Counted from the stretch's first letter, positions 18,513 through 27,499 are shown. The stretch is DNA of 51,879 nt from an uncultured Gammaproteobacteria bacterium (GCA_964360435.1 CAYHVQ010000002.1:1-51879), one strand, 5' to 3'. The notes: generated from the letters alone by a model not told the origin. Made by a program: numbers and translations.

Positions 18513-19306
18513 CGATCCGCACGACAAATGATCGAAGTAGCAAAATCGCACACGATCGTTCCATCGTCTCGTGTTAACCACGCCTCAACCTTGTGATCCC
18601 GCAATCGGTCAAGCACGGCCTGGTGCGGGTGCCCATAACGATTGCGAAGGCCGGCGGAAATCAACGCAAATTTGGGTTTTACTGCATCGAGAAGGGCATC
18701 GCTCGTGGATGTCTTGGAACCATGATGTCCAACTTTTAAGACATCAATCTCCAAATCCGGATCGCGCGCCGCTATGCGATCCTCAACATGCACGGAAGCA
18801 TCCCCCATGAGCAACGCGCGGCCATACGCAGTCTCCCACAAAAAAACAAGGGACTGATCGTTGATGTCATTTTTCCCAAGGTCCTGCTCGTTTGCGAGCA
18901 ATGTTAAACGGGTCTGATCCATCTGCCATTGCTGACCCACGGACAAAATTAGGGAATCCCCGGAAAGATCCATTCCAATCTTGTATCGCTCCCGGACAAT
19001 ATTCAGTCCCGTCATGTGATCGGCGTGCGGGTGTGTGAGAATGATCATCTCAATCGTCCGATCCCAAAACGGCATCGCCTGACCCAAACAGGCAAGCACA
19101 GCGTCCCCCGGACCGCCATCAATAAGCACCGTGGCGTTCTTGGATGTCTGAAGGACAACGGCATCGCCTTGTCCAACATCACAGGCAATGACGCGATCCG
19201 GATGCGGCTCGGCTTCACGCCAAAAAGAAAAAAGAACCATGCCGCCGAGCACAAAAATCAACGTTATCCCCGCGTAATGGCGGCGAATGGAAGCGAGCTT
19301 CCCCAT
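18509..19306 (-). CDS. comEC: ComEC C-terminal module: TM helix plus metallo-beta-lactamase domain (separate ORF)
   Basis: MGKLASIRRHYAGITLIFVLGGMVLFSFW, then VIACDVGQGDAVVL...ILTHPHADHMTGL...KVGHHGSKTS. The ATG at 19306 overlaps the upstream ORF by 43 nt in another frame. Confidence 0.8.
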   Translation of the reverse strand: MGKLASIRRHYAGITLIFVLGGMVLFSFWREAEPHPDRVIACDVGQGDAVVLQTSKNATVLIDGGPGDAVLACLGQAMPFWDRTIEMIILTHPHADHMTGLNIVRERYKIGMDLSGDSLILSVGQQWQMDQTRLTLLANEQDLGKNDINDQSLVFLWETAYGRALLMGDASVHVEDRIAARDPDLEIDVLKVGHHGSKTSTSDALLDAVKPKFALISAGLRNRYGHPHQAVLDRLRDHKVEAWLTRDDGTIVCDFATSIICRADR

Positions 19307-20649
19307 AGAATCATCGTCAAAATGGTATTTAAGATGAGCCACACGGGAAAAAGAATAATATTCGCGAGTGCTGGAGCGATCAACGCGACAATCAGCAGTA
19401 AACTCCCAAGACCCATCGCCAAAGGAATGAGCGGGAGGACAATCAGATTGATGGGCAGGCTGATCAATGAAATTTGACCAAATAAAAGCCATGTCAGAGG
19501 GAGCGTGGGAAGAGATGCGGCCACCGTGGCAACACCAGACGCGCGAAGACCAAAACGATCCGGGATCCAGCCACATCGCCGCTCCAACGGTCCGGAAAGA
19601 AAAAGAAGGCCGGCCGTTGCCGCGACAGAGAGTTGAAATCCTGCGTCGTCCCGAAGAATCGCGGGTTCGAGCATCACCATGACGGTGACCGCTTCCAATA
19701 GGATGAGCCACGTAAATGCCATCCGATCCGCAACACCCGCCCACGCCGAAAGCAGCCCCATGATCCCCGCCCGCACCACCGAGGCCGACATGCCGGTGAT
19801 GAGCATAAACCAGATCACAACGAGCGTTGCAGCTCCAATGGCGTGCGGACGACGACCGCCGAGCCGAACAACAACAATCATCACCCATGCGATAAGGATG
19901 GTGATGTTAAAACCCGACAGCGCAAGGATGTGAGAGGTTCCGGTGCGCTGAAATGCTTGAACGATCGTTTCCGGCATACGATGACGCGTACCAAAGAGCA
20001 GACCCGAGAGAAACGCGGCGTGTGGTTCTTCCAGAACGCGTTGAATCCGCTCAACCCCCTGTTCTTTCCAAGAAAACAACACCGCCAACCAGCCGCGTTG
20101 ATGATCCATGAGCTGGACATCGGGAAAGGTCGCGAGCGCGTAGATCTCCCGACGCGAAAGATAACGATCGTAACGAAACGTTTCAAAAACCGGCACGGGT
20201 TTCAACGCGCCATTCCACTGCAACCGATCTCCCACATGACGCCGTGGAAATAATGGAAGCGTGAGAAGCACGCCGCCCGCGCGAAGCTCTCCATCTTTTT
20301 TCAGTTGACGAAGGGTTACTTTTTGATTCGTGGAACGGAGATCCGGTTCTTCCTCCACCACTCCCTCCCACGTGGCTGCCTCGCTCAAAACACGGCGGAC
20401 GTCATTTGCCGGAATGTTCTCTGTTTTCCAGGTCGCGTATAGCGTCCCCGCCAGCATTGCGCCACCAAAAACAATCATCACGACGGGTGTTAATCCTCGC
20501 CAAAACTTTTTCTTATACCCAAACAACACGCATGCCAACGCTCCAACAACAAAAACAATCATCCACGGCCATAAGCGACCAGCAACGCCCCAGAGATAGG
20601 AGAAACACAATCCGCCAATCCAGCCCGACCTGCGCAACGATCCTTGCAT
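19264..20649 (-). CDS. comEC: ComEC N-terminal module: OB/DUF4131-like region plus polytopic competence channel domain
   Basis: The polytopic membrane sequence has the ComEC pattern (SGLLFGTRHRMPETIVQAFQRTGTSHILALSGFNITIL). I chose the ATG at 20649; the track start at 20658 is TTG. Confidence 0.8.
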   Translation of the reverse strand: MQGSLRRSGWIGGLCFSYLWGVAGRLWPWMIVFVVGALACVLFGYKKKFWRGLTPVVMIVFGGAMLAGTLYATWKTENIPANDVRRVLSEAATWEGVVEEEPDLRSTNQKVTLRQLKKDGELRAGGVLLTLPLFPRRHVGDRLQWNGALKPVPVFETFRYDRYLSRREIYALATFPDVQLMDHQRGWLAVLFSWKEQGVERIQRVLEEPHAAFLSGLLFGTRHRMPETIVQAFQRTGTSHILALSGFNITILIAWVMIVVVRLGGRRPHAIGAATLVVIWFMLITGMSASVVRAGIMGLLSAWAGVADRMAFTWLILLEAVTVMVMLEPAILRDDAGFQLSVAATAGLLFLSGPLERRCGWIPDRFGLRASGVATVAASLPTLPLTWLLFGQISLISLPINLIVLPLIPLAMGLGSLLLIVALIAPALANIILFPVWLILNTILTMILWGSSLPFAAITRG

Positions 20650-20658
20650 AAAAAACAA

Positions 20659-20912
20659 TACGTCCCGTAAGGACGCACCAAGGAAAGGATAGCACAGGGT
20701 TCATGGTTTGTCGACCACTCGACAATGGAATCCATGAATGCTATATTGTCACCGGTTGCCCGCGGCTGCACCGACACACCCCCCACATAACAACATCCTT
20801 TGGGATACCGCTAACGCGGGCAACCACAACATTGCCTCGCGCGATCCTTCGTCCGCCGATCCCCACTCCCTACCAATGCTCCCGGGCGTCGTCGGCAACA
20901 TCGCGCGAGGCT
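20659..20912. ncRNA. candidate structured RNA or leader (unclassified) in the prfB-comEC spacer
   Basis: There are at least five stems. They are GCCTCGCGCGAT (20834-45) / ATCGCGCGAGGC (20900-11), GGTTGCCCGCG (20754-64) / CGCGGGCAACC (20815-25), and TTCATGG (20700-06) / CCATGAA (20732-38). The remaining two are GTCGA/TCGAC (20710-23) and CGTCC/GGACG (20661-75). No convincing ORF is present. Confidence 0.35.
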
Positions 20913-22020
20913 CTATTTTTTTTCTCGTCCAGCGAGCTTTCGGAGATACGCTTCAATAAATCCATCTAAATTTCCATCCAACACCGATTGCGGATCCGTC
21001 TCCTCATACTCCGTGCGGTGATCCTTTACGAGTTTGTAAGGTTGAAGAACATACGACCGAATCTGATTTCCCCACTCCGCGGACGTGTACTCTCCACGAA
21101 TTTTCTTTTCCTCCGCCAAACGATTTGTCCCCGCCAAATGCGCAAGTTTCGACTTCAACATCTTCAATGCAAACGCTCGGTTCTGCGCCTGCGACCGTTC
21201 ATTTTGACAACTAACGGTGAGTCCCGTTGGAAGATGCGTAATCCGAACAGCAGAATCCGTTGTATTCACGCTCTGTCCGCCATGTCCCGATGAACGAAAC
21301 GTATCAATTTTTAACTCCTCATCCTTTAATTCAAATTCTTGAATTTCTCCCAGATCCGGAATGACTTCAATCAATGCAAACGACGTCTGGCGCATCTTCT
21401 CCGCATCAAATGGGGAAATCCGCACCAACCGATGTACGCCGGACTCCGACTTGAGATTCCCGTAAGCATACCGTCCCTGAACATCGATGACTGCCCGCTT
21501 GATCCCGGCTTCATTTCCACGCTGTTCTTCCATAACGGTCGTTTTCCATCCCCGCCTTTCGCAAAAACGCAGGGTCATCCGAAATAGCATTTCCGCCCAA
21601 TCCTGCGCGTCTACACCTCCGGTTCCGGCATGAATAGCAACAATAGCCGAATGTGCGTCATGCGACCCGGAAAACATCATTGTAAATTCGAGTTGAGCAA
21701 AACGCTTCACCAAATCGCTCGTCCGCGCTTTCAAATCAACATCCATCGAGGTATCCTGCGCCTGCTGCGCCATCCGAATCAACTCAATCGTCTCCACGAC
21801 TTCCCGCTGAATCGTCTCCCAAGTTTGGATTTCACTCCGAAGTTCGTCCGCTTCTTGTGCCACCGCCTTCGCGCGATCCGGATGATTCCAAAACACCGGA
21901 TCGTTCATCTCCGCTTCTTTGACGTGAAGTTCTGCGGTTAATTGATCGAGGTCAAAGAGACCTCCGTGCATCAGAGATTTTGCCTTGCAAAGCCTCCAAT
22001 GTCGTTAGCAGTTCATTCAT
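20913..22020 (-). CDS. prfB: peptide chain release factor 2, with programmed +1 frameshift
   Basis: Frame 0 reads MNELLTTLEALQGKISDARRSL and ends at CTT TGA C (TGA at 21952-21954), preceded by GGAGG with a 3-nt spacer. The +1 frame continues DLDQLTAEL... and carries the SPF and GGQ motifs. Confidence 0.93.
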
Positions 22021-22029
22021 GCTCGGTGA

Positions 22030-23256
22030 TTATTCTTTTCGCTCTTGAAGGGTTACAGCTTCCTCTCGCTCCTCGCCATCATGCCAAATTTTTAGACGAA
22101 TCTCATCTCCAGGCTGATACTTCTGAATTTCCTTTGTTAAGCTGTTCTCGGCATCCAACTTCTGCCCATTGATCTCCAAAATGATATCGTTTTCCTCAAT
22201 CCCCACAAGATCCGCCGCAGACCCCGGAATGACCGCAAGTTCTGCAGGTGTTGAACCCCGAGCAACAAGCACGCCCTCATTGTACGGGAGTTGATTCTGT
22301 TTCGCAAGCACCTCATCAATCTCGATATACCGAATCCCAAGAACCGGACGAACAATGCGGCCGAAGGTCTTAACGCTTTCCACCGCAGACTTCGCTTGAT
22401 TAATGGGAATAGCGAATGCAATGGACTCCCCCCCGCGATCCACCGCTGTGTTAATCCCCACCACCTGCCCCGCCAGATTCACGAGCGGCCCGCCAGAATT
22501 TCCAAAATTGATCGCGGCATCCGTTTGCAGAACCCCCTCCAGCGTCTGACGATCTGTGCCCTCGCCCACGGTCACGGTTCGGTTCACCCCGCTCAACACG
22601 CCTCGCGTGACGCTGTTGCTGTACTGCCCTAAAACATTTCCAATCGCGATAACAGTTTGTCCGATCTTCAACCGGTCAGAATCCCCTAATGCCACGGCTG
22701 GCAATCCCTTAGCCTCAATCTTGAGAATCGCAATATCATTCACGGTGTCGCGGGACAACACCTTTGCATCATATTTTTTTCCATCGTTCATGACCACCGT
22801 GTAGTCCGCATCCTCTCGGCTCACAACATGACGATTGGTAAGAATAAGCCCATCTTCTTGGATAATAAATCCGGTTCCGCCGCCGACTTCCTGCCGCTGG
22901 GAACCGCCCTCTGGAAATTCAAACGGATTCCCAAAAAAATAATTTCCTGAACCGTAAATATTTTGAACTTCTGCAGTCACAACAATACTGACCGCGGACG
23001 GGGTGAGTTGATCAACAACATCCACCACTACGGAATCTTCCAAAAGGGATAGCGCCTGATCTGCGTTACCTTGATCTAGTGTGGACTGATCAATATCCAG
23101 GCGACCAGCGGCTTTCTGAATCCAGGACGACACACGGTTTTCCGACGCTTGGGTAACCAAAACACCTGCCACGCCGCCGGCAATCCCGCCGACGAGAAAA
23201 CTGCCCACGAGAAGAAGCGCGAGCATCTGTTTTAGAGGGTTGAAGGGGGACGACAT
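22030..23256 (-). CDS. htrA: HtrA/DegP-family serine protease with PDZ domain
   Basis: TM anchor, catalytic motifs TNRHVV, DIAILK and GNSGGPLVN, and a C-terminal PDZ-like region. Confidence 0.9.
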   Translation of the reverse strand: MSSPFNPLKQMLALLLVGSFLVGGIAGGVAGVLVTQASENRVSSWIQKAAGRLDIDQSTLDQGNADQALSLLEDSVVVDVVDQLTPSAVSIVVTAEVQNIYGSGNYFFGNPFEFPEGGSQRQEVGGGTGFIIQEDGLILTNRHVVSREDADYTVVMNDGKKYDAKVLSRDTVNDIAILKIEAKGLPAVALGDSDRLKIGQTVIAIGNVLGQYSNSVTRGVLSGVNRTVTVGEGTDRQTLEGVLQTDAAINFGNSGGPLVNLAGQVVGINTAVDRGGESIAFAIPINQAKSAVESVKTFGRIVRPVLGIRYIEIDEVLAKQNQLPYNEGVLVARGSTPAELAVIPGSAADLVGIEENDIILEINGQKLDAENSLTKEIQKYQPGDEIRLKIWHDGEEREEAVTLQERKE

Positions 23257-24404
23257 AAAAATTGTATTAATAATTGGTAAGGATAATGCAAAATGAGTTG
23301 GAGTGCAAATCCGATCGCCGCAATCTCCCAGAACGGATTCGGAGAAAGAACGAAAAGGACGAGGGCGATATTCGATGGCGCGCTCCAGAACGCGACCGGA
23401 CGGGAAACATGCAAAATTCGCTCTGCAAAAATGCCGGTTACTGCAACAACCATCACGCGCACCGCAAATAAAATGGCGAGGTCATTCCCTATAATACCTA
23501 GACGCCACCAAGTTACACCGAGCACAATAAAAAACAATTTATCCACCACAATGTCAAGCACACGACCTACTTCGGAGGTCTGTCGAAGTTTCCGTGCAAG
23601 AATTCCGTCCGCCAGATCAAGCGCGACAAAGGTGACTGCCCAGAGGAACCATGCCCAAGACCCCTGTTCAATCGCAAAAACCGCGGGAATGATCAAAAAT
23701 GCGCGTCCGAACGTGATCGCATTCGGAAAAGTCCACAGCCCCACCGCGCCCCGAAGTCCCTCCTTCCCGTGATTCCATCGCTCTCGAATCCACGCGAGGC
23801 GGCCGAGGCTTTTTCGCAGATGAGCGCGAATTATACGCCGCTGCAGTTCAGAAAACAACAGCCATCCGTAATAAAAAACATGATTCACGCTTGCAAGGAC
23901 GGCGAACCCATAGACGAATACTCGCACAGGAGAAGGGGAAAAAAACCCGACCACGAGCGCCGCGCCCATGAGCGATAAAAGATAGGTTGTCGGGAGTCGC
24001 CCAGACCGATGCCTCCCACAAACCCATGCCCAACCTGCCATCCCGAATTGCACAACGCAACAAAGTAGAATTGGCGCCACGACCCAAAGCGGAAACAACG
24101 CCAACCAAATCGCGACACCGAACAGCCCCATTGCCGTGATTTTGTCACAAGCAGAGTCCAGCAAACGTCCGACGCGCGTTTGCTCCCCTCGGATCCGCGC
24201 CCAATGACCGTCAAAACAATCGAGTAAAACGTAAAGTGCGATTCCAATAAAAAAAACGATCGTCCACCGCTGCACCATTGCCCAACCCAAAGGGATGACA
24301 AGAAAAAACCGACCAAGGGTAAAAAGATTGGGTAACGTTCGCCATTCTAAAGATTCCGGTTCCCGCACTGCGGAATTTTTTTTCTGAAAATACGACAAGT
24401 TCAT
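23232..24404 (-). CDS. tandem (duplicated) CDP-alcohol phosphatidyltransferase
   Basis: There are two complete D-x2-DG-x2-AR-x8-G-x3-D-x3-D motifs, DCFDGHWARIRGEQTRVGRLLDSACD and DLADGILARKLRQTSEVGRVLDIVVD. Each sits in its own polytopic half of about 190 aa. Confidence 0.85.
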   Translation of the reverse strand: MNLSYFQKKNSAVREPESLEWRTLPNLFTLGRFFLVIPLGWAMVQRWTIVFFIGIALYVLLDCFDGHWARIRGEQTRVGRLLDSACDKITAMGLFGVAIWLALFPLWVVAPILLCCVVQFGMAGWAWVCGRHRSGRLPTTYLLSLMGAALVVGFFSPSPVRVFVYGFAVLASVNHVFYYGWLLFSELQRRIIRAHLRKSLGRLAWIRERWNHGKEGLRGAVGLWTFPNAITFGRAFLIIPAVFAIEQGSWAWFLWAVTFVALDLADGILARKLRQTSEVGRVLDIVVDKLFFIVLGVTWWRLGIIGNDLAILFAVRVMVVAVTGIFAERILHVSRPVAFWSAPSNIALVLFVLSPNPFWEIAAIGFALQLILHYPYQLLIQFLCRPPSTL

Positions 24405-25552
24405 CCTCCGGAGTAAAAAGATTGATAGAGCTTCAAATGCCGCTCGGCAATAACATCAGCGGCGTAAGCACGGGGATCCAATCGAGCATGCAATCGAGAT
24501 TTTCGGCGGAGTCCTTCCATAATCCCGTCCGAAAATGCGCGAGACGTGAGGCCAGTGATCAATCCATTTTTTTCAGCTTCAATTGCTTCCCGCGCGGCCA
24601 TAGAATCCACTGCAACAATCGGTAACCCCGCGGCCAGCGCCTCATAAAGCACAATCGCTTGTGTGTCGGATGTTGATGGAAAAACAAACAAATCCGCGGC
24701 GTGATAATAGGATGGGAGGGCAGACTGCGATTGAATACCCATCCAACGCACGACATCCTGACATCCGTGTTTTTCCAAAAAGACGCGAAGACGACGCTCC
24801 TCGGTTCCCGAACCAATGAAAACCGTCACAACTTCCGGACGAATACGACGGATCCGAACGATGGCCTCGCACACAAGCCGGACGTTTTTCTCTTTTCCCA
24901 TCCGACCGACGTACAACAACATCGGCTGTTTTTGGCCAATCCGAAGCGACTGGCGAACCGCGCATAACGCTTGAGCTGATGGATGCGAAAGATAACGATG
25001 AAGCTGAATGCCGGTGGGAATAATTTTAATCGGGGTTTTAACGCCTCCGCCCTCAAGAACCCCTTGAATTGCGCGCGTTGGCACAATGACCCGATCCGCC
25101 GCCTGACAAACTCGAATACTCTGGCGCTTCATTTGCTCCTGCATCCAGAATTTCGCAAAACCGAGATACCCGGCATAGACATGATACATCGTGTGAAAAG
25201 TATACACGAGTGGAAGATTCCGCCGACACGCCTCTTGCATTCCAACCGTTCCCAATAAAAACGGCTGATGAATATGGACAACATCCGGCCGCAGACGATC
25301 CAACACCCGCCGGACGACCATGGAGCCAACCGGTAGAGGGATGGCAAACGAACCGAAAGAAAACAGCCGAAAGGCGGAAACTCGCGTGACCCCCGCTTCG
25401 CGAGGACGGGAGGAAAACACGGAGCTATACTCCGGAACAATCAACTGCGCCGTATGTCCATGCCGCCGAAGCCACGCGACGGTCTGCGAAATCGAAATCG
25501 AGGGGCCGCTTAGCCTCGGCAGATAGGTATTCGAAAAAATGGCAATCCTCAT
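24401..25552 (-). CDS. GT4-family glycosyltransferase, diacylglycerol glycosyltransferase (MGS)-like
   Basis: The N-terminus MRIAIFSNTYLPRLSGPSISI resembles glycolipid synthases. The C-terminal GT1/GT4 motif is FVFPSTSDTQAIVLYEALAAGLPIVA. It overlaps both neighbours by ATGA. Confidence 0.85.
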   Translation of the reverse strand: MRIAIFSNTYLPRLSGPSISISQTVAWLRRHGHTAQLIVPEYSSVFSSRPREAGVTRVSAFRLFSFGSFAIPLPVGSMVVRRVLDRLRPDVVHIHQPFLLGTVGMQEACRRNLPLVYTFHTMYHVYAGYLGFAKFWMQEQMKRQSIRVCQAADRVIVPTRAIQGVLEGGGVKTPIKIIPTGIQLHRYLSHPSAQALCAVRQSLRIGQKQPMLLYVGRMGKEKNVRLVCEAIVRIRRIRPEVVTVFIGSGTEERRLRVFLEKHGCQDVVRWMGIQSQSALPSYYHAADLFVFPSTSDTQAIVLYEALAAGLPIVAVDSMAAREAIEAEKNGLITGLTSRAFSDGIMEGLRRKSRLHARLDPRAYAADVIAERHLKLYQSFYSGG

Positions 25553-26535
25553 AAATGTTTGAAGGCGGATGAAAACGATTCCTCTTGCTCCAGCCACCGC
25601 AGACCCAGCTCCAAAACCTGTGAACCGCCAGTCGACCCAAGAAGTACGACACCGGCATACCGCACTGCCCGCTCTTCAATCTCTGCGACTTCAGATGCCT
25701 GAACGCCATGAACAATCATGGTTTCTAAATAATGCTCCAAAAAACGATTCATCATCCGAACCGAGCTCCGCCGACCTTTCAGCGAGGTGCTGGTGAGTGC
25801 CAACAACGTCCCGACAAACAATCCCAAATCCGCTGAAGGATCCCAGACCATGGATTGCTCGAAATTAATGGGATGAGCCCGTCCCCGTCCCTGAATCAGA
25901 ATATTCGCTGGCGTCAAATTTCCACATAAAAGCACTTTTGGTCGAGTTTTACTCTGATACCAAAGCTCCTCAACGCGACGGGGCGCGCGGGTGCGAGCGC
26001 TGGCGATCCGTGGAGTAAAATAATATTGCACCAGGGCGTCATTGATGCGTTCATTCCAAAAAAAATCACTTCCGATGCCGCGCGTCCGACCATGAATGGT
26101 GGCCATAATGCGACCCAAACTTCCACCAGCAGCCATAGGGATTTTTCCTAGAAGACAATGCCCCTCAAGCGTCTGCCCTTCTCCCAAATCTGAAAGCGTC
26201 ATCACATGATTTCCGCTATCATACGCAAGGACAGTAGCGACCGTATCAACTGGAAGAATCGTTTGAAGATAATACAAGGTTTTCATTTCAAACTCTTGCC
26301 GAGCAGGATCCATCGGCGTTCCGTCCGGCGCCTGATCCGCGGCCTGACGCAAAATCAATGTTTTCTTTCCCTTGTTCGTTTCCAATTCCACGCGAAAAAC
26401 CGTATTGATCGCGGAAGCGGAAGAAAGACGCCTCGCCCGGACAACCCGCTCTGTCACAAAACTCATGTATGGACACACATGACGCAAAAGATAGTCGTTG
26501 ATTGTTTTTTCGTTCAGAGAAATGATGTCCTTCAT
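25549..26535 (-). CDS. APH/MtnK-like kinase-fold protein with substituted catalytic residues
   Basis: The layout resembles methylthioribose kinase/aminoglycoside phosphotransferase (INTVFRVELE...LILRQA; VLLCGNLTPANILI; HPINFEQ). The HGD and D-x-E positions read CGN and N-F-E. Confidence 0.6.
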   Translation of the reverse strand: MKDIISLNEKTINDYLLRHVCPYMSFVTERVVRARRLSSASAINTVFRVELETNKGKKTLILRQAADQAPDGTPMDPARQEFEMKTLYYLQTILPVDTVATVLAYDSGNHVMTLSDLGEGQTLEGHCLLGKIPMAAGGSLGRIMATIHGRTRGIGSDFFWNERINDALVQYYFTPRIASARTRAPRRVEELWYQSKTRPKVLLCGNLTPANILIQGRGRAHPINFEQSMVWDPSADLGLFVGTLLALTSTSLKGRRSSVRMMNRFLEHYLETMIVHGVQASEVAEIEERAVRYAGVVLLGSTGGSQVLELGLRWLEQEESFSSAFKHL

Positions 26536-27395
26536 GAGTTGATTAACTGCCACAAGGGCATGGTTTGACAGGAAATAAATTGCTGGCAAGGATGGAGGGA
26601 TTCCAAGCGGAAAAACTGCTCCATACTTAACCTCAAATCTTCACGGCGATGAGCGATCCCCTGCCAAGGCAAGGCAACGGTTGAGAGCATTTCATATTCT
26701 TCCGCGGAAATGATATTTTTTTGTTTTAAAGCATGCAGAAGAATGGACGCCAAACGCCCATCCACCTTCTCTCGACGCTCGTCCATGATGGGCGAATCGT
26801 TTGCAAAAATGAGGAGGTGGGAAAGATCTGACGGATTTTGAATCTCGCCACGCCGCCATGCAACAACTAAATCCGCACAGGATGGAAAACGGTTGGCGGG
26901 CAATGAGATGATTTCTCGCGTCAGAACCACGCCGCCGGAAGCCATCCATGTGTGAAGCCGTTCATACAACTCTCCAATCAACACGCGGTCGGGAAGATGA
27001 AAAAGCAGAAGATCGGAAAGAACGACATCAAACGTACCGGGAACAAAATCCGCATCTCGCCAGTCCAACTTTTCATACATCTCATTCGGATGGCGGGGAT
27101 GTTCCATAAGCTCCGTCATGAAACCATAAACATCGTCATTCGGATCCAGCACCGTCAGCGCAAACCCTCGCTCTAAGAGAAGGTCGCGAAGCTCGGGGGT
27201 GCTGCCGAGACACAAGGCACTTGGGCGCTGAAGACCGCGGGCGACATCGTCAACCCGTTCTCCCCAAATCCGCAATTGCGCGCGACACGGACGGAGCGGT
27301 GCCTCAAGATAGCGCCATCGTTCGGCACACACGGTTTCGATCTGAACAGTGTCCAAGACCAGGTTCATAGGCAAAACATGAAGGACTTTCTTCAT
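26532..27395 (-). CDS. class-I methyltransferase-fold protein (divergent SAM motif)
   Basis: ALCLGSTPELRDLLLERGFALTVLDPNDD ... FDVVLSDLLLFHLP follows the Rossmann MTase order, but motif I is degenerate. The ORF is trimmed to the ATG at 27395 (MKKVLHVL). Confidence 0.5.
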   Translation of the reverse strand: MKKVLHVLPMNLVLDTVQIETVCAERWRYLEAPLRPCRAQLRIWGERVDDVARGLQRPSALCLGSTPELRDLLLERGFALTVLDPNDDVYGFMTELMEHPRHPNEMYEKLDWRDADFVPGTFDVVLSDLLLFHLPDRVLIGELYERLHTWMASGGVVLTREIISLPANRFPSCADLVVAWRRGEIQNPSDLSHLLIFANDSPIMDERREKVDGRLASILLHALKQKNIISAEEYEMLSTVALPWQGIAHRREDLRLSMEQFFRLESLHPCQQFISCQTMPLWQLINS

Positions 27396-27499
27396 GATAG
27401 CAAAAAATCCCAGTTTCGGCGATCCCGACGGAGCACGCGGCGGATGGACAAAAAAACCCGTGAGGCGCATTGTGCGGTCGTGATGACAAGCACAAGGCA

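Noticed and set aside
20661-20700. Resemblance of GUCC-CGUAA-GGACGCACCAAGG (plus strand) to the SRP RNA helix 8 motif GGUCC-GGAA-GGAAGCAGCCAAGG
   Set aside because: The loop is not GNRA, the 5' side lacks the conserved partner sequence, and the flanking helices do not form an SRP-like rod. This is probably coincidence, and cmscan would settle it.
21952-21954. In-frame TGA in prfB as evidence of UGA recoding (code 4/25)
   Set aside because: The context is the canonical RF2 frameshift site. TGA also terminates several well-defined genes here (blaI-like, der, hisS, rpiB, GT4), so the standard code applies.
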